From Candidatus Spongiisociaceae bacterium (GTDB lineage Bacteria; Actinomycetota; Acidimicrobiia; Spongiisociales; Spongiisociaceae), in assembly GCA_965262915.1 (NCBI GenBank), contig OZ253564.1, forward strand, positions 4,512,001-4,576,000: a stretch of 64,000 nucleotides of DNA. Direction: 5' to 3'. Position numbers and translations under genes: made by a program. The first letter of the stretch is position 1; each line of letters opens with the position of its first letter. Of this stretch, positions 38,471-48,402 are shown piece after piece. The notes under the pieces were generated by a model. It had not been told where the DNA came from, searched no databases, and was given only the letters and a program-made list of their open reading frames with translations.

Positions 38471-39280
38471 ATGATCCCAGCCTGGCACCCCCATCCCGAC
38501 GTGTGGGGGTTCGTGTTCGTGCTGGGGTTCGGGTACTGGTACGCAATCCGGCGCATCGGACCCTACCTGGCTGTCGAGGGACCGCTCGTGACCCGACGGC
38601 AGGCCACCGCCTTCGCCCTCGGGTTGCTGTCGTTGTGGGCGGTGTCGGACTGGCCGTTCCACGACATCGCCGAGCAGCACCTGTTCCTCTTCCACATGAT
38701 CGAGCACATGGTGCTGGCTATGGTGTCCGCCCCGCTGCTGATCGTCGGCACTCCAGCCTGGCTACTCGGACGCATCCTCACCAATCCCCGTGTCCTCCCC
38801 ACCCTGCGGCCGCTCACCCAGCCGCTGGCGGCGTTCTTCATCTTCAACGGCATCATGGTCGGCATCCACTGGCCGGAGATAGTCCACCTGATGGTCACGT
38901 CCGGCTTCTACCACTTTGTCGTCCATGCCCTGCTCATCTCGGCCGCCCTCGTGATGTGGCTCCCGGTGCTCAGCCCGGTACCCGAACTGAAGAGGCTGTC
39001 CCCGCCGGTCCGGATGCTGTACCTGTTCGCCCACTCGCTGCTACCCACCATCCCGGCCTCCTTCCTCACCTTCGGAAGGGAACCGCTGTACCGGTTCTAC
39101 GCCGAGGCGCCCCGCCTCTGGGGTATCGACGCCATTACCGATCAGGCCATGGCCGGTCTCGTCATGAAGCTGGGCGGGGGCGCCATCCTGTGGGGCGTCA
39201 TCGTGGTGGTCTGGTTCCGCTGGTACGCCTACGAGCAGCAATGGGAAGCCCTGGAGCGAGAACTACGCAAGACCCCATGA
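38471..39280 (+). CDS. ctaG: Cytochrome c oxidase assembly factor (Caa3_CtaG family)
   Basis: HMIEHMVL, PLLIVGTP, HW, DQAMAGLVMKLGG. Confidence 0.82.
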   Translation: MIPAWHPHPDVWGFVFVLGFGYWYAIRRIGPYLAVEGPLVTRRQATAFALGLLSLWAVSDWPFHDIAEQHLFLFHMIEHMVLAMVSAPLLIVGTPAWLLGRILTNPRVLPTLRPLTQPLAAFFIFNGIMVGIHWPEIVHLMVTSGFYHFVVHALLISAALVMWLPVLSPVPELKRLSPPVRMLYLFAHSLLPTIPASFLTFGREPLYRFYAEAPRLWGIDAITDQAMAGLVMKLGGGAILWGVIVVVWFRWYAYEQQWEALERELRKTP

Positions 39281-40170
39281 GGAGGATCGCAGCCGCGGTC
39301 GTGGGGCTGGCGCTGGTCACGGCAGGCTGCGGCGATTCCGGTGGGGGTCGAGAGACGGTGCGGGGGGTGGTGTTGGAGGTCGACGGTGACCTGGCATCGG
39401 TGGAATCCTTCGTTCTCCGAACCGACGAAGGCGACATCCTGGAGGTGGTGCCTGCTCCCGGCGGCGACTTCCGGTTCCCGCTGCCCCACCTGCACGATCA
39501 TCGACGGACCCTCGAACCCGTGCTCGTGGAACTGGATCGCTCGGTCGATCCACCCCTGGCAACCGCCATTCGGGATGCCGACAGCCCGGCCTGGCACGCG
39601 GGCGAGGAGAGCCGGACCGAGCATCCGGACTCCCCCGAACCGAACCGGGTGTCCGCATCGGAACCGGACCGCGCCGGGTCCGGACCGGTCGGGCAGGACG
39701 ACCCGGCCCGCGAGAGCGAGGCGGAGACCCCCGACGAGGCCGGGGCGGGCCAGGAGTCCGAGAGCGCACCGGATCGTCCCGGTCCGCCGCCCGACGCCAC
39801 TACCGCAGCAAGCACCTCCACCCCGCCGACGACCGGACCGGCAACGGAGGACGACCCGGAAGAAACGGGCACGGAGCCGCAAGTGACGGGGCCGGAGACG
39901 GAGGAGACCGGAGGACCCGTCATAGACCTGGTGATCATCGACGGACACCTCGATGGTGGGGCCCGCCGGGAGTCGGTGCAACTCGGCGACACCGTCACCC
40001 TGAGGGTGACCGGCAACAGCGATGGCGAGATCCACGTACATGGTTACGACCTCTTCGTCCACTTGGTGGGCGGCGCCGGGGGACTGGCCTTCGAAGCGTC
40101 CATACCGGGTGTATTCGAGATCAAACTCGAAGGATCGCACACCCTTCTGGTCCGCATGGAGGTGTCCTGA
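39277..40170 (+). CDS. Two-domain lipoprotein (His-motif domain, low-complexity linker, cupredoxin-like C-terminus)
   Basis: Lipobox TAGC; PHLHDH; EIHVHGYD...PGVFEI. ATGA overlap with ctaG. Confidence 0.65.
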   Translation: MRRIAAAVVGLALVTAGCGDSGGGRETVRGVVLEVDGDLASVESFVLRTDEGDILEVVPAPGGDFRFPLPHLHDHRRTLEPVLVELDRSVDPPLATAIRDADSPAWHAGEESRTEHPDSPEPNRVSASEPDRAGSGPVGQDDPARESEAETPDEAGAGQESESAPDRPGPPPDATTAASTSTPPTTGPATEDDPEETGTEPQVTGPETEETGGPVIDLVIIDGHLDGGARRESVQLGDTVTLRVTGNSDGEIHVHGYDLFVHLVGGAGGLAFEASIPGVFEIKLEGSHTLLVRMEVS

Positions 40171-40184
40171 TCCGGCGCGGGATC

Positions 40185-41546
40185 GTGGCCGGCGCAGCGA
40201 TATGGGTGGCGGTCCTGGCGCCGGCCATCCCGGCGGCGGCTCACGGAGTGGGGGGCCGCATCGACCTACCCATACCGGTCTGGCAGTTCGCCTGGGCGGC
40301 CTCGTTCGCAGTGGCCGCCTCCTTCACGGTGCTGGGCAGGTTCTGGACCGAACCTCGATTGGCGAGGGCCGCCCAAGGAGGATTGCTCCTGCGGAGCATA
40401 CGAAGATTCGATCGGCTGCTCCGTTCCGTCGCGCGGCTGATCGGCCTGTTGGCCTTGGGCGCCCTGCTCTACGCCGCCCTCCGGGGGAACAGCAGCATCA
40501 CTTCGAACATCGCCCCCTACGCGGTCTTCATCGTCTTCTGGGTCGGTCTCCAGCTGGTCTCCGCATTCCTGGGCGATGCATGGGCGGGGTTCAACCCGTT
40601 CTGGACCCTGGCCGACCTGGGCGCCTGGATTCGTGCCCGGACCACCGGGAAGCCGATATCCGAGGCGAGCGCGGGCGGCGGTGACCGATGGTGGGCAGTG
40701 GCGGCCATCTTCACGTTCGTCTGGTTGGAACTCGCCTACCACCAGGGGGCCTCACCCAGGACGATCGGCGCCTACCTGATCGTCTACACCGCGGCGATGG
40801 GGGTCGGCGGGATGGTGTACGGGCGGGGGTGGGTGCGTGATGCGGACGGGTTCGGGGTACTGTTCAGCACCCTCGGGGCCATGGCGCCCCTCCACCGCCA
40901 TCGCTCGGGCCTGTGGAGGTTGCGATCTCCTCTCGCCGGTCTCGCAACCCTGGAAATACCCCCGGGCGCCGTGCGCTTCATCCTGGTGGTACTGGGTTCC
41001 ACGACGTTCGACGGGTTCTCCCGTAGCTCGTTCTGGCTCGATGTCGTATCGAACCGGTCAGGTTGGGAGTTGACCGCCCTCAACACCGGGGGCCTGGTCT
41101 TCGCAATCGGAGTCGTGATGTTCGTCTACCGGATGGCCATCGCAGCCATGGCATGGATCACGGGTGATTCCGAGGCCGAACTCGGCGACGCCTTCGGCCC
41201 GTCGCTGGTCCCGATCGTGGTGGCCTACACGGTGGCCCACTACTTCAGCTTCCTCGTCCTCGACGGACAGGCCATCCTTCGGTTGGCCTCGGATCCCTTC
41301 GGGATGGGCTGGAACCTGTTCGGCACTGCTGCCTACCGGGTGAACTACGGGCTCCTGTCCACGACGGCCATCGCGTGGATACAGACCGCGGCCATCGCCG
41401 TGGGCCACGTTCTCGCCGTCCTGGTCGCCCACGACCGGGCGGTCGAGCGATACCCTGCAGGCTTGGCGGTCCGGTCGCAGTACCCGATGCTGGCCGCCAT
41501 GATCGGCTACACGGTGGGGGGACTGTTCCTGCTGCTGGGGCGGTAG
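40185..41546 (+). CDS. Polytopic membrane protein (family often labelled fenitrothion hydrolase FedB-like)
   Basis: AHGVGGRIDLPIP, NPF, WLEL, FDG, SLVPI...AHY, GHVLAV, SQYPM. Confidence 0.65.
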   Translation: MAGAAIWVAVLAPAIPAAAHGVGGRIDLPIPVWQFAWAASFAVAASFTVLGRFWTEPRLARAAQGGLLLRSIRRFDRLLRSVARLIGLLALGALLYAALRGNSSITSNIAPYAVFIVFWVGLQLVSAFLGDAWAGFNPFWTLADLGAWIRARTTGKPISEASAGGGDRWWAVAAIFTFVWLELAYHQGASPRTIGAYLIVYTAAMGVGGMVYGRGWVRDADGFGVLFSTLGAMAPLHRHRSGLWRLRSPLAGLATLEIPPGAVRFILVVLGSTTFDGFSRSSFWLDVVSNRSGWELTALNTGGLVFAIGVVMFVYRMAIAAMAWITGDSEAELGDAFGPSLVPIVVAYTVAHYFSFLVLDGQAILRLASDPFGMGWNLFGTAAYRVNYGLLSTTAIAWIQTAAIAVGHVLAVLVAHDRAVERYPAGLAVRSQYPMLAAMIGYTVGGLFLLLGR

Positions 41547-41595
41547 TCGTGAGGTAGTGATCGGTGGTCAGTGGCCGGTGGGAGGCGGGTGTCTC

Positions 41596-42762
41596 TCAGC
41601 CGACCTGGATGGATTGCACCTGCGCATGGTCGGAAGGCGCCTCGTCGCCACCCTCTTCCTTCGTGATCGAAGCGGCGATTAGGGCCAACATCAGCAGCAC
41701 CACTCCCACGCCTGCGGCTGCGACCAGCACCTCGTTCTTGGTCACCCGGAGGTTGGGACGTGACGCCATGAGAGCGGCGAAACCCACCGTGCCGATGGCC
41801 ACGAAGATGGCGATCAGCGGGGCGAACCCCGAGAAACGCAGGAGCAACGATCCGAACGAAACCACTATCACGAGAATCACCAGGCCGGCGGCAACCGGAA
41901 GTGCAAGCGCGTCGGAGAGCCGTCGCTTGACGGTGTCGGCATCCTCGGCTTCTTCGCCCGACAGGGCGGCGGGCTGCGCCACCGCCTGGGCGATCCCGCC
42001 GACGACCGCGCCGAGCAGCGCACCGGCGGCCACCATGCCCAACACCATCATCGGGCTGATGGAGACCAGCTTGGTCCCCGAGAGGGACGACTCGGCCGTG
42101 GCGAAGAGGAAGCCACCCAACCCGGCACCCAGCACCAGCCCTATGAACGCCCCTGACAGGACCGATCCGAGTGGAGTCGTATCCGTATCGTACGCGGGCG
42201 ACCGGAACCTGCCGGCGCCGCGCGAAGCCATCGTGATGATGGCGCCCATCACCGCCCACAGGACCGCTATGGCGGCCACCGCGGTCCACGTGACTTCAAC
42301 CGCCGGCCCGCCCACCGCGGTGGTCTCGGAGAGACGGCCCAGGAGCAGCGGCGCCTGGGCGATCATCGACAGGAACCCCAACGCCGCGCCCCACCCGGCG
42401 CCGACCTTGGCGCCCAAGCGGATACGGTCCGCCAGCGACGCCGGCTCGATCGGTTCGAGTTCCTCCTCCTCGACGACCTCGACGGCGGCCACCACGGGCT
42501 GTTCGACCACCGGCGCGGGAACGGGTTCGGCAACTGCCGGTTGCAGCGCGGGGGCAGGCGTCGGCGCGGTTACGGGCGGCGGAGCCGCCTCCCGTACCGC
42601 GGTGGCCGTAGCAGCCATGGGGCCGGCGCCCGACCAGGCGGCCAATACGTCCTCGACCGCTACGCCCTGAGCCTGGGCACGGGCCTCGGCCGATCGCTCC
42701 ACCAGATATTCGGGAGCACCGCCCAGCAGTTCACCGATGGTCGAGAGGCGTGGATCCGACAT
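41596..42762 (-). CDS. Hypothetical multi-pass membrane protein with Pro/Ala-rich linker
   Basis: Long ORF with GC-biased codons and several hydrophobic helices; no family recognised. Confidence 0.65.
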   Translation of the reverse strand: MSDPRLSTIGELLGGAPEYLVERSAEARAQAQGVAVEDVLAAWSGAGPMAATATAVREAAPPPVTAPTPAPALQPAVAEPVPAPVVEQPVVAAVEVVEEEELEPIEPASLADRIRLGAKVGAGWGAALGFLSMIAQAPLLLGRLSETTAVGGPAVEVTWTAVAAIAVLWAVMGAIITMASRGAGRFRSPAYDTDTTPLGSVLSGAFIGLVLGAGLGGFLFATAESSLSGTKLVSISPMMVLGMVAAGALLGAVVGGIAQAVAQPAALSGEEAEDADTVKRRLSDALALPVAAGLVILVIVVSFGSLLLRFSGFAPLIAIFVAIGTVGFAALMASRPNLRVTKNEVLVAAAGVGVVLLMLALIAASITKEEGGDEAPSDHAQVQSIQVG

Positions 42763-42871
42763 CGCCCGAGATGTTAGCGGGGACGCGGAGGCGCCGACCA
42801 CGACGTGCCGCGTATCGCAGCACGTCCGGCGCGACGCCGGGTGCGCTCATCGCAACCGTGCCCCGGACCGG

Positions 42872-43006
42872 TCAGGAACGGTCCTCCGGCTGGTCGGATC
42901 GGTGGCGAGACCTTGCTCTGCGCTCGGCCCATATGATCAGCAGTACCCCCACCAACGCAATGGCGAACCCCGTGATGTAGTCGTATGGGTGGTGGGCCAA
43001 CACCAT
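42872..43006 (-). CDS. Possible small single-pass membrane protein
   Basis: MVLAHHPYDYITGFAIALVGVLLIIWAERRAR: one TM helix followed by a basic tail. Confidence 0.35.
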   Translation of the reverse strand: MVLAHHPYDYITGFAIALVGVLLIIWAERRARSRHRSDQPEDRS

Positions 43007-43243
43007 CCTGAGCACCTCGCAACGAGTAGCGTCCGGCCGGGCCCGGAGCCCGGACCGTAGGACCAGCTTAGAGCCGGCATCCTCCAAGACGCCATCCTCC
43101 AATAACCGCAGCACCTGAGGATATGGCCGGCGCGAAACATGGCTAGGAAATCGACCCGCGCGGCTCGATTCCTATCGAATCGGGGAACGATTCCGCCTGC
43201 TATAGCGTTGAACCCGGATAGAATGCGCCAAAGCGGAGAATAG

Positions 43244-43906
43244 ATGAACAGGAACAGCCGGAAAGTCTATAACCGAAAGCTACGAGCCCTGGCCGGCATG
43301 GTCCTTGCTGCAGTGGCTCTTGCGGCTTGTGGTGAGGGCAACCCGGACACGATCACCTACCGCGATGCCGAGAACCGTTCGCTGTTCGAACTACCCAACG
43401 ATTGGCACCTGTACCGTGCCGACGAACTCGTCCAGATCGGCTCCGTGCCCTTCCTTCCCGACATCGGGGGATACAAGCCGATCTCCTTCGTCGCCTTCGA
43501 CGGCGCCGCCGGGCGTAACCTTGAGAACCTGGCCCACGACGTGACCGCATCGCCCTTCCCGGTCGGTGCACACATCATCCGCCAGATCAGCCCCGACGAA
43601 AAAGAGTTTCTGTCACGCCGGACGATGGCGATGTCCGCATACGACGTCCAGAACCCAGGCCAAGGCGTACAGATCAACACCGAGGACTTCTCCTTCGGTA
43701 GGGACTACGAGGGTATCCGCGCATTCGTCGGCTTCACGAGAGAAGATGGCGACCTGGAGGGCTTGGTGTATGTATTGGCCGTGACCAATCCGGAAGTCAC
43801 CGAGCTGTACTCGATGGCAGCCGGCTGCTCTCTGGACTGCTTCAGCCGGCAGCAGGAACAGATCCTGGAGGCAGTCAACTCGTGGGTAGTGAACACCAGA
43901 CGATGA
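43244..43906 (+). CDS. Hypothetical lipoprotein
   Basis: Lipobox LAAC; C-terminal GCSLDC; stop overlaps the next ATG. Confidence 0.7.
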   Translation: MNRNSRKVYNRKLRALAGMVLAAVALAACGEGNPDTITYRDAENRSLFELPNDWHLYRADELVQIGSVPFLPDIGGYKPISFVAFDGAAGRNLENLAHDVTASPFPVGAHIIRQISPDEKEFLSRRTMAMSAYDVQNPGQGVQINTEDFSFGRDYEGIRAFVGFTREDGDLEGLVYVLAVTNPEVTELYSMAAGCSLDCFSRQQEQILEAVNSWVVNTRR

Positions 43907-46167
43907 GAGGCCCGATGAAGACCGACGTCCGGCGCCGCTCCCCTACCTGGGACCGCATGAAGTTCATCGTGCTGATTCTGTTCTTCCTGGGTGTCCTGAT
44001 CAGTTCCAAGGTCAGCGCGCCCTTCACCACCCTGAGCCAGGCCCTAGCCGACACCTGGAACGAGACATTCGGCCGAGTTCTGTTCATCGCCCTGCCGCTC
44101 GAGGTCCTTCGCCAGATCCACTATTACGTCTCGGAGCATTGGGGCCACTACAACCGGTTCTGGTCCCAACAGTTCTTCGGGGGCATAGAGCACCAAGCCC
44201 ACCGTCGGTTCAAGCCATGGACGCGCTTCCGCTTCGGCCGCTACGTCCGGATTCTCATATTCTTGCTGATCCTCGGATCAGTGATCGACTACTTCGTCGC
44301 TGAGGTCTCGAGCCCGATCGAAGCCCTGATCCAGGCACCCCGCATCATTGCCAGCCGTATCTTCACCTATCCGTTCGTCTACATCCTGATGGCGCCGTTC
44401 TTCATGATCATCCAGTTCGGGTCACTCTTCTGGTTTCTGTCGCGTGGGGGCGTCGACACCATCATGCCGGAGGAGATCGAGACTCGGTACTCCGATGTCT
44501 GGGGTCAGGACCACGTGCTCGACTTGGTCCAGGAGAACGTCGGGTTCCTCGAAAAGCCGGATGAGATCGAGGCCAAGGGCGGCTATGTACCCGGCGGAAT
44601 GCTGCTGTGGGGACCCCCCGGAACGGGCAAGACCCTCATCGCCGAGGCCACCGCGGGTGAGGTTGGTCTCCCCTTTGTGTTCGTAGATCCGGGTGCCTTC
44701 AACGCCATGTTCATGGGGGTAGGCATCCTAAAGGTCAAGGGACTCTTCCGAAAGCTCCGCAAGTTGGCCCTGCGCCACGGGGGGGTAGTGGTGTTCTTCG
44801 ACGAGGCCGACGCTCTCGGCAGCCGGGGCGCCATAGCCCAGGGTGGACCACCCCCACAAGGCGTGGCACCGCTCACCTACGGGCTGCACTGCAACGCTTC
44901 GGCCTACCTGAATCCCCAGTCGCTCAGCATCATCGAAGCCGACAGATCACCGCCATCACCATCGTCAGGCGAATCCGACGAGCGGCTTCCCGGAAGCCGG
45001 CTCAACCGGATAATCATGGGCGCCGGTATGGGCGGCGGTGGCATGGGTACCCTTCAGGCGCTCCTGACCGAGATCTCCGGCCTGAAAAAGCCGAGGGGGC
45101 TCACCAACAAGGTTCGCAAGATGCTGGGCATCAGGCCCAAGCCGCCACCCAAGTACCGGATATTCATCATGATGGCCACCAACCTCCCCAGCGTCCTGGA
45201 CCCGGCGTTGCTCCGCCCGGGCCGGATCGACCGTATCTACAAGGTCGGCTACCCGACCAAAGAAGGACGGCTCCGTACTTTCGAGGGTTACCTCAACAAG
45301 GTCAACCACAACATCAACCGCAAGCAAATGGACGAGTTGGCCGCCAAGACACCCTATTACTCGGGCGCCAAGATCAAGGATCTGGTCAACGAGGCGCTCA
45401 TCCTGGCACAACGGGACAATCGCGACACGATCAAGTGGGATGATATCTGGAAGGCCAAGACCTTCAAGGAAATGGGACCGACGGAGGGTTTCGAGTACGT
45501 AGAGCGGGAGGAGTTCGCCGTTGCCATCCACGAGTCCAGCCACGCGGTCGCGGCCCATCTCCTCAAGTCCCACGCCAACATCGATGTTGCCACCATCGAG
45601 CGCCGGGGTGATGTCGGCGGCTTCGTCTCCTACATCGCCCTCGAGGACCGCTTCGTCCAATGGAAGACCGAGTTGGAGGTGGACATCAAGGTGTCTCTGG
45701 CCAGCCTGGCCGGGGAGCGGATGTTCTTCGAGGGCGACAACTCGATGGGGGTAGGCGGCGACCTGCGCAACGCGACCACGATCCAGAGCCGCATGATCGG
45801 GGTGTGGGGAATGGGCGACAACCTCGCGTCGAGCGCCGGGTTGCCGCGGCACGTGCTCGACCAGCCACCCGATCCGAGTGGAGAAATCGCAAAAACGATG
45901 GGTTCTCAGGTCGAGCGGAAGCTGCGGCACCTCTACGACGAGGTGTACGAGATGCTCGAAGATCACAAGACCGCGGTGTTCAATGTGGCGGTCCGACTCC
46001 AGAGGAAGAAGACCATCGCGGGTGACGAGGTAGCCAGGATCATAGGTGTCGAGGCGGGTTCGGTCACCAAGAGGAAGCCGGTCGGATTCGCCGCGGTCAG
46101 CGCCGAGGACCACCGCCGCTCCCTGCTGGGAATCGGTTCGAGGGAATGGCCGACCGGTAGCAGTTGA
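43903..46167 (+). CDS. FtsH-like membrane AAA+ metalloprotease (non-canonical)
   Basis: GPPGTGKT, FMGVG pore loop, FFDEAD, ATN...DPALLRPGRIDR, HESSH, GGDL. Confidence 0.85.
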   Translation: MRGPMKTDVRRRSPTWDRMKFIVLILFFLGVLISSKVSAPFTTLSQALADTWNETFGRVLFIALPLEVLRQIHYYVSEHWGHYNRFWSQQFFGGIEHQAHRRFKPWTRFRFGRYVRILIFLLILGSVIDYFVAEVSSPIEALIQAPRIIASRIFTYPFVYILMAPFFMIIQFGSLFWFLSRGGVDTIMPEEIETRYSDVWGQDHVLDLVQENVGFLEKPDEIEAKGGYVPGGMLLWGPPGTGKTLIAEATAGEVGLPFVFVDPGAFNAMFMGVGILKVKGLFRKLRKLALRHGGVVVFFDEADALGSRGAIAQGGPPPQGVAPLTYGLHCNASAYLNPQSLSIIEADRSPPSPSSGESDERLPGSRLNRIIMGAGMGGGGMGTLQALLTEISGLKKPRGLTNKVRKMLGIRPKPPPKYRIFIMMATNLPSVLDPALLRPGRIDRIYKVGYPTKEGRLRTFEGYLNKVNHNINRKQMDELAAKTPYYSGAKIKDLVNEALILAQRDNRDTIKWDDIWKAKTFKEMGPTEGFEYVEREEFAVAIHESSHAVAAHLLKSHANIDVATIERRGDVGGFVSYIALEDRFVQWKTELEVDIKVSLASLAGERMFFEGDNSMGVGGDLRNATTIQSRMIGVWGMGDNLASSAGLPRHVLDQPPDPSGEIAKTMGSQVERKLRHLYDEVYEMLEDHKTAVFNVAVRLQRKKTIAGDEVARIIGVEAGSVTKRKPVGFAAVSAEDHRRSLLGIGSREWPTGSS

Positions 46168-46169
46168 GA

Positions 46170-46688
46170 AAACCGGCCCCCGCACCGGCCGGGATCCGCA
46201 GAACCCAGGCGGTGCGGATGAGATCGGGGTCGGCCAGAGCCCGTCCGTCCGCTTGGATCAGATCCCGGTTGATGTCGTATATCTCCGGCCAGCGGTCCTC
46301 GGAACCCAGGTGGACCGTGGCGAACCCCCTGAGGGAGTCACCGCCCGCCACCGTCACGTGGCGTTCGGTTGGGTCCTCGGGTACCTCATCCTCCTCATGC
46401 CGGGGCGGCCGGGTCGTAGACCAGGGTGAACCCCGAGATCTGCGGGAAGTACAAGAAGGGAATGGTCGGTGCGAATCCCCCGATGAACCGGGCGGTCACA
46501 TCCGGCCCCAGATCGAAGTCGTGATTCCCCAGGGCCATCGCGTCCTAAACACCGCTCAGAGCCACCGAGTCGTACAAGGGCCCCTCCCGTCCCAGCGAAA
46601 CGCTGATCTCGCGGGAAGCCCGTAGGTTGTCACCCGAGCCGAGCGTCACCAATCCGTGCCCTGACGGACCGACCTGCAGCTGCTTCAT
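46170..46688 (-). pseudogene. Collapsed 5'-nucleotidase-LysM pseudogene
   Basis: Minus strand reads SGDN...GV*DAMALGNHDFDLGPD...FPQISGFTLVYDPAAPA*, then in another frame VTVAGGDSL...RWPEIYDINR...DPDLI...LRIP (LysM). Confidence 0.7.
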
Positions 46689-46820
46689 CACGGTTACAAA
46701 ACATGCCACACCGGGATCAGATTCCTGATCGGGAAGGAGTCTCGACTCGCCGGCACTGCTGTGCAGGATGGTAGGCGTGAACTCCTCGGTATCCTCGGGC
46801 TCCTGGATGTTCTCGGGCTC

Positions 46821-48203
46821 CTAGGTGTCCTCCACGGGTGCCACGAGCGCCGGCTGCGACCCGGCAGCCTCTCCGATCGGCACGTACCGGCATCCCCGGG
46901 AAATGGGCCGGACCGACGAAGGCTGGTCGACGTTGATCAAGGAAACATCGTTGGCGCGGACCTGTACCACGTGCTGCCCGTCACCGACCGGTACGACCGT
47001 GACGAGGTCGAAGGCCTCTTCGGCCGGAACGGGCCGCATGACACTGTGCTCGCCGGTATCGAGGGCCCATCTCGCTATCTGCGGAATGTCGAGGTCGGCC
47101 ACGTACAACAACGAACCGTCGTCGTACCAGCCCGTCACCCCGGAGGTGGGCAGGAACCGGTCGATTCCCGGAGGGCCTATCTCCCCCTCGCCCTGCTCGT
47201 CCACCAGGTAATAGCTCCACACAACTGATCGTGTGCCGCCGGCCGGATCCTGCTCGACCAGCGCCACCAGAGCCCGGTCTCCGGACGGACTGAGGTAACC
47301 GTCCACCGCCACCAAGGGATTACCTGAGGGGGACAGCCCGAGGATCCGGGCCCACACGACCGACCTCTCGACCGGATCCACGGCATGGACGGCGAATGCG
47401 GTGCTGCCCTCCCACGCCGCCTCGCCGGCCACCAGCACCAGGTCCCCCACCGAGGCCAGCACGGTCTCGAACCTGCTCGCAACGACCTCGACTAATCCGA
47501 CCCTGCTCTCCACCACGACCGGCCCCGGATCGATAGGGATAGCCACCCCTTCCCCGACCTTCACGAGGGACAGCGGATCGGTTTCCCCGACCGCATACAA
47601 ATCCGGGCCGAGGGCTGCTCCCCTGACGGGCGAAGCACCGGGAAAGGAGAACCAGGTAGCCGCGAGCGGATCATGTACGTAGACACCTCCATCCAGTATC
47701 ACCGGACGACTGAGTGGACGGATCACACCCGACGCCGGGACCTCTGCGGGCGAGACTAGCTCGAGCTTCGTCTCGGGGATGATGCCGAGGACGGCCCGTC
47801 GGGGCTCTCCGGGAACCGGGGAGAGTTGGACTTCGAACGAGAAGGGTTCGCCTGCCCGGACCCCTTCCACCCTTACCACGTCACCGACCCGGCCCCCCCG
47901 GAGCACGCCCAGCAGCGTTTCCTGCGTGGTGATGAGAATCCCGTCGAGCCCCGTCACTATGTCGCCTGCACGGAGCCTTCCATAGGCTCCGCTATCTTCC
48001 AGCACCTCAAGGATCCTCACCCCGCCCCCGACGGCCAGGAGGCATCCACCCTCGGGCGGGAAGAACCCCTCTACGTCGGCCGGGTTGACCCAATCGGGAA
48101 CAATCTCCGTGGGGACCTCGAACGTCGGCCGTTCTGCAACCGGCTGGGAACAGGCAGACCCCACCAGCATGAGAACTACCAACGGAGCTAGGAGGGTGGT
48201 CAA
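46821..48203 (-). CDS. PDZ-domain lipoprotein; original 5' end (ATG 48264) disrupted by a MITE fragment
   Basis: Lipobox GSAC; PDZ-like GVRILEV...SGA...LRAGDIVTGLDG. Confidence 0.7.
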   Translation of the reverse strand: MTTLLAPLVVLMLVGSACSQPVAERPTFEVPTEIVPDWVNPADVEGFFPPEGGCLLAVGGGVRILEVLEDSGAYGRLRAGDIVTGLDGILITTQETLLGVLRGGRVGDVVRVEGVRAGEPFSFEVQLSPVPGEPRRAVLGIIPETKLELVSPAEVPASGVIRPLSRPVILDGGVYVHDPLAATWFSFPGASPVRGAALGPDLYAVGETDPLSLVKVGEGVAIPIDPGPVVVESRVGLVEVVASRFETVLASVGDLVLVAGEAAWEGSTAFAVHAVDPVERSVVWARILGLSPSGNPLVAVDGYLSPSGDRALVALVEQDPAGGTRSVVWSYYLVDEQGEGEIGPPGIDRFLPTSGVTGWYDDGSLLYVADLDIPQIARWALDTGEHSVMRPVPAEEAFDLVTVVPVGDGQHVVQVRANDVSLINVDQPSSVRPISRGCRYVPIGEAAGSQPALVAPVEDT

Positions 48204-48246
48204 AAACCCCCGGTTTGCCCGACCGTCGATGACAACTCCCTCCTAG
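48188..48246. mobile_element. Shortened family A MITE inserted in a signal-peptide coding region
   Basis: CTAG at both ends. Removing 55 bp restores MRRLGSLAPLVVLMLVGSAC. Confidence 0.75.
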
Positions 48247-48297
48247 GGATCCGAGACGCCGCATTCCCGTCTATAGGCTACGCGGTGCAAAGACCTG

Positions 48298-48395
48298 GGA
48301 GGGTGTCGAGAAACCTTCCGTTGGCCCGACGCTCGATGAGAAAAGGCTGCATCAGCGGACGGCGGGCCGGCCACTACCCGTTTTCGCCACCCTTC
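48298..48395. mobile_element. MITE-like element family A, copy 5 (reverse orientation)
   Basis: Aligns by eye to the reverse complement of 6876-6975. Confidence 0.7.
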
Positions 48396-48402
48396 TGAGG
48401 AC

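Noticed and set aside
37935-46547. Amber (TAG) recoding or pyrrolysine, suggested by two in-frame TAGs
   Set aside because: TAG ends many intact genes here (deoD, amtB, STAS gene), no pyl genes are present, and the second TAG lies in an obviously decayed relic.
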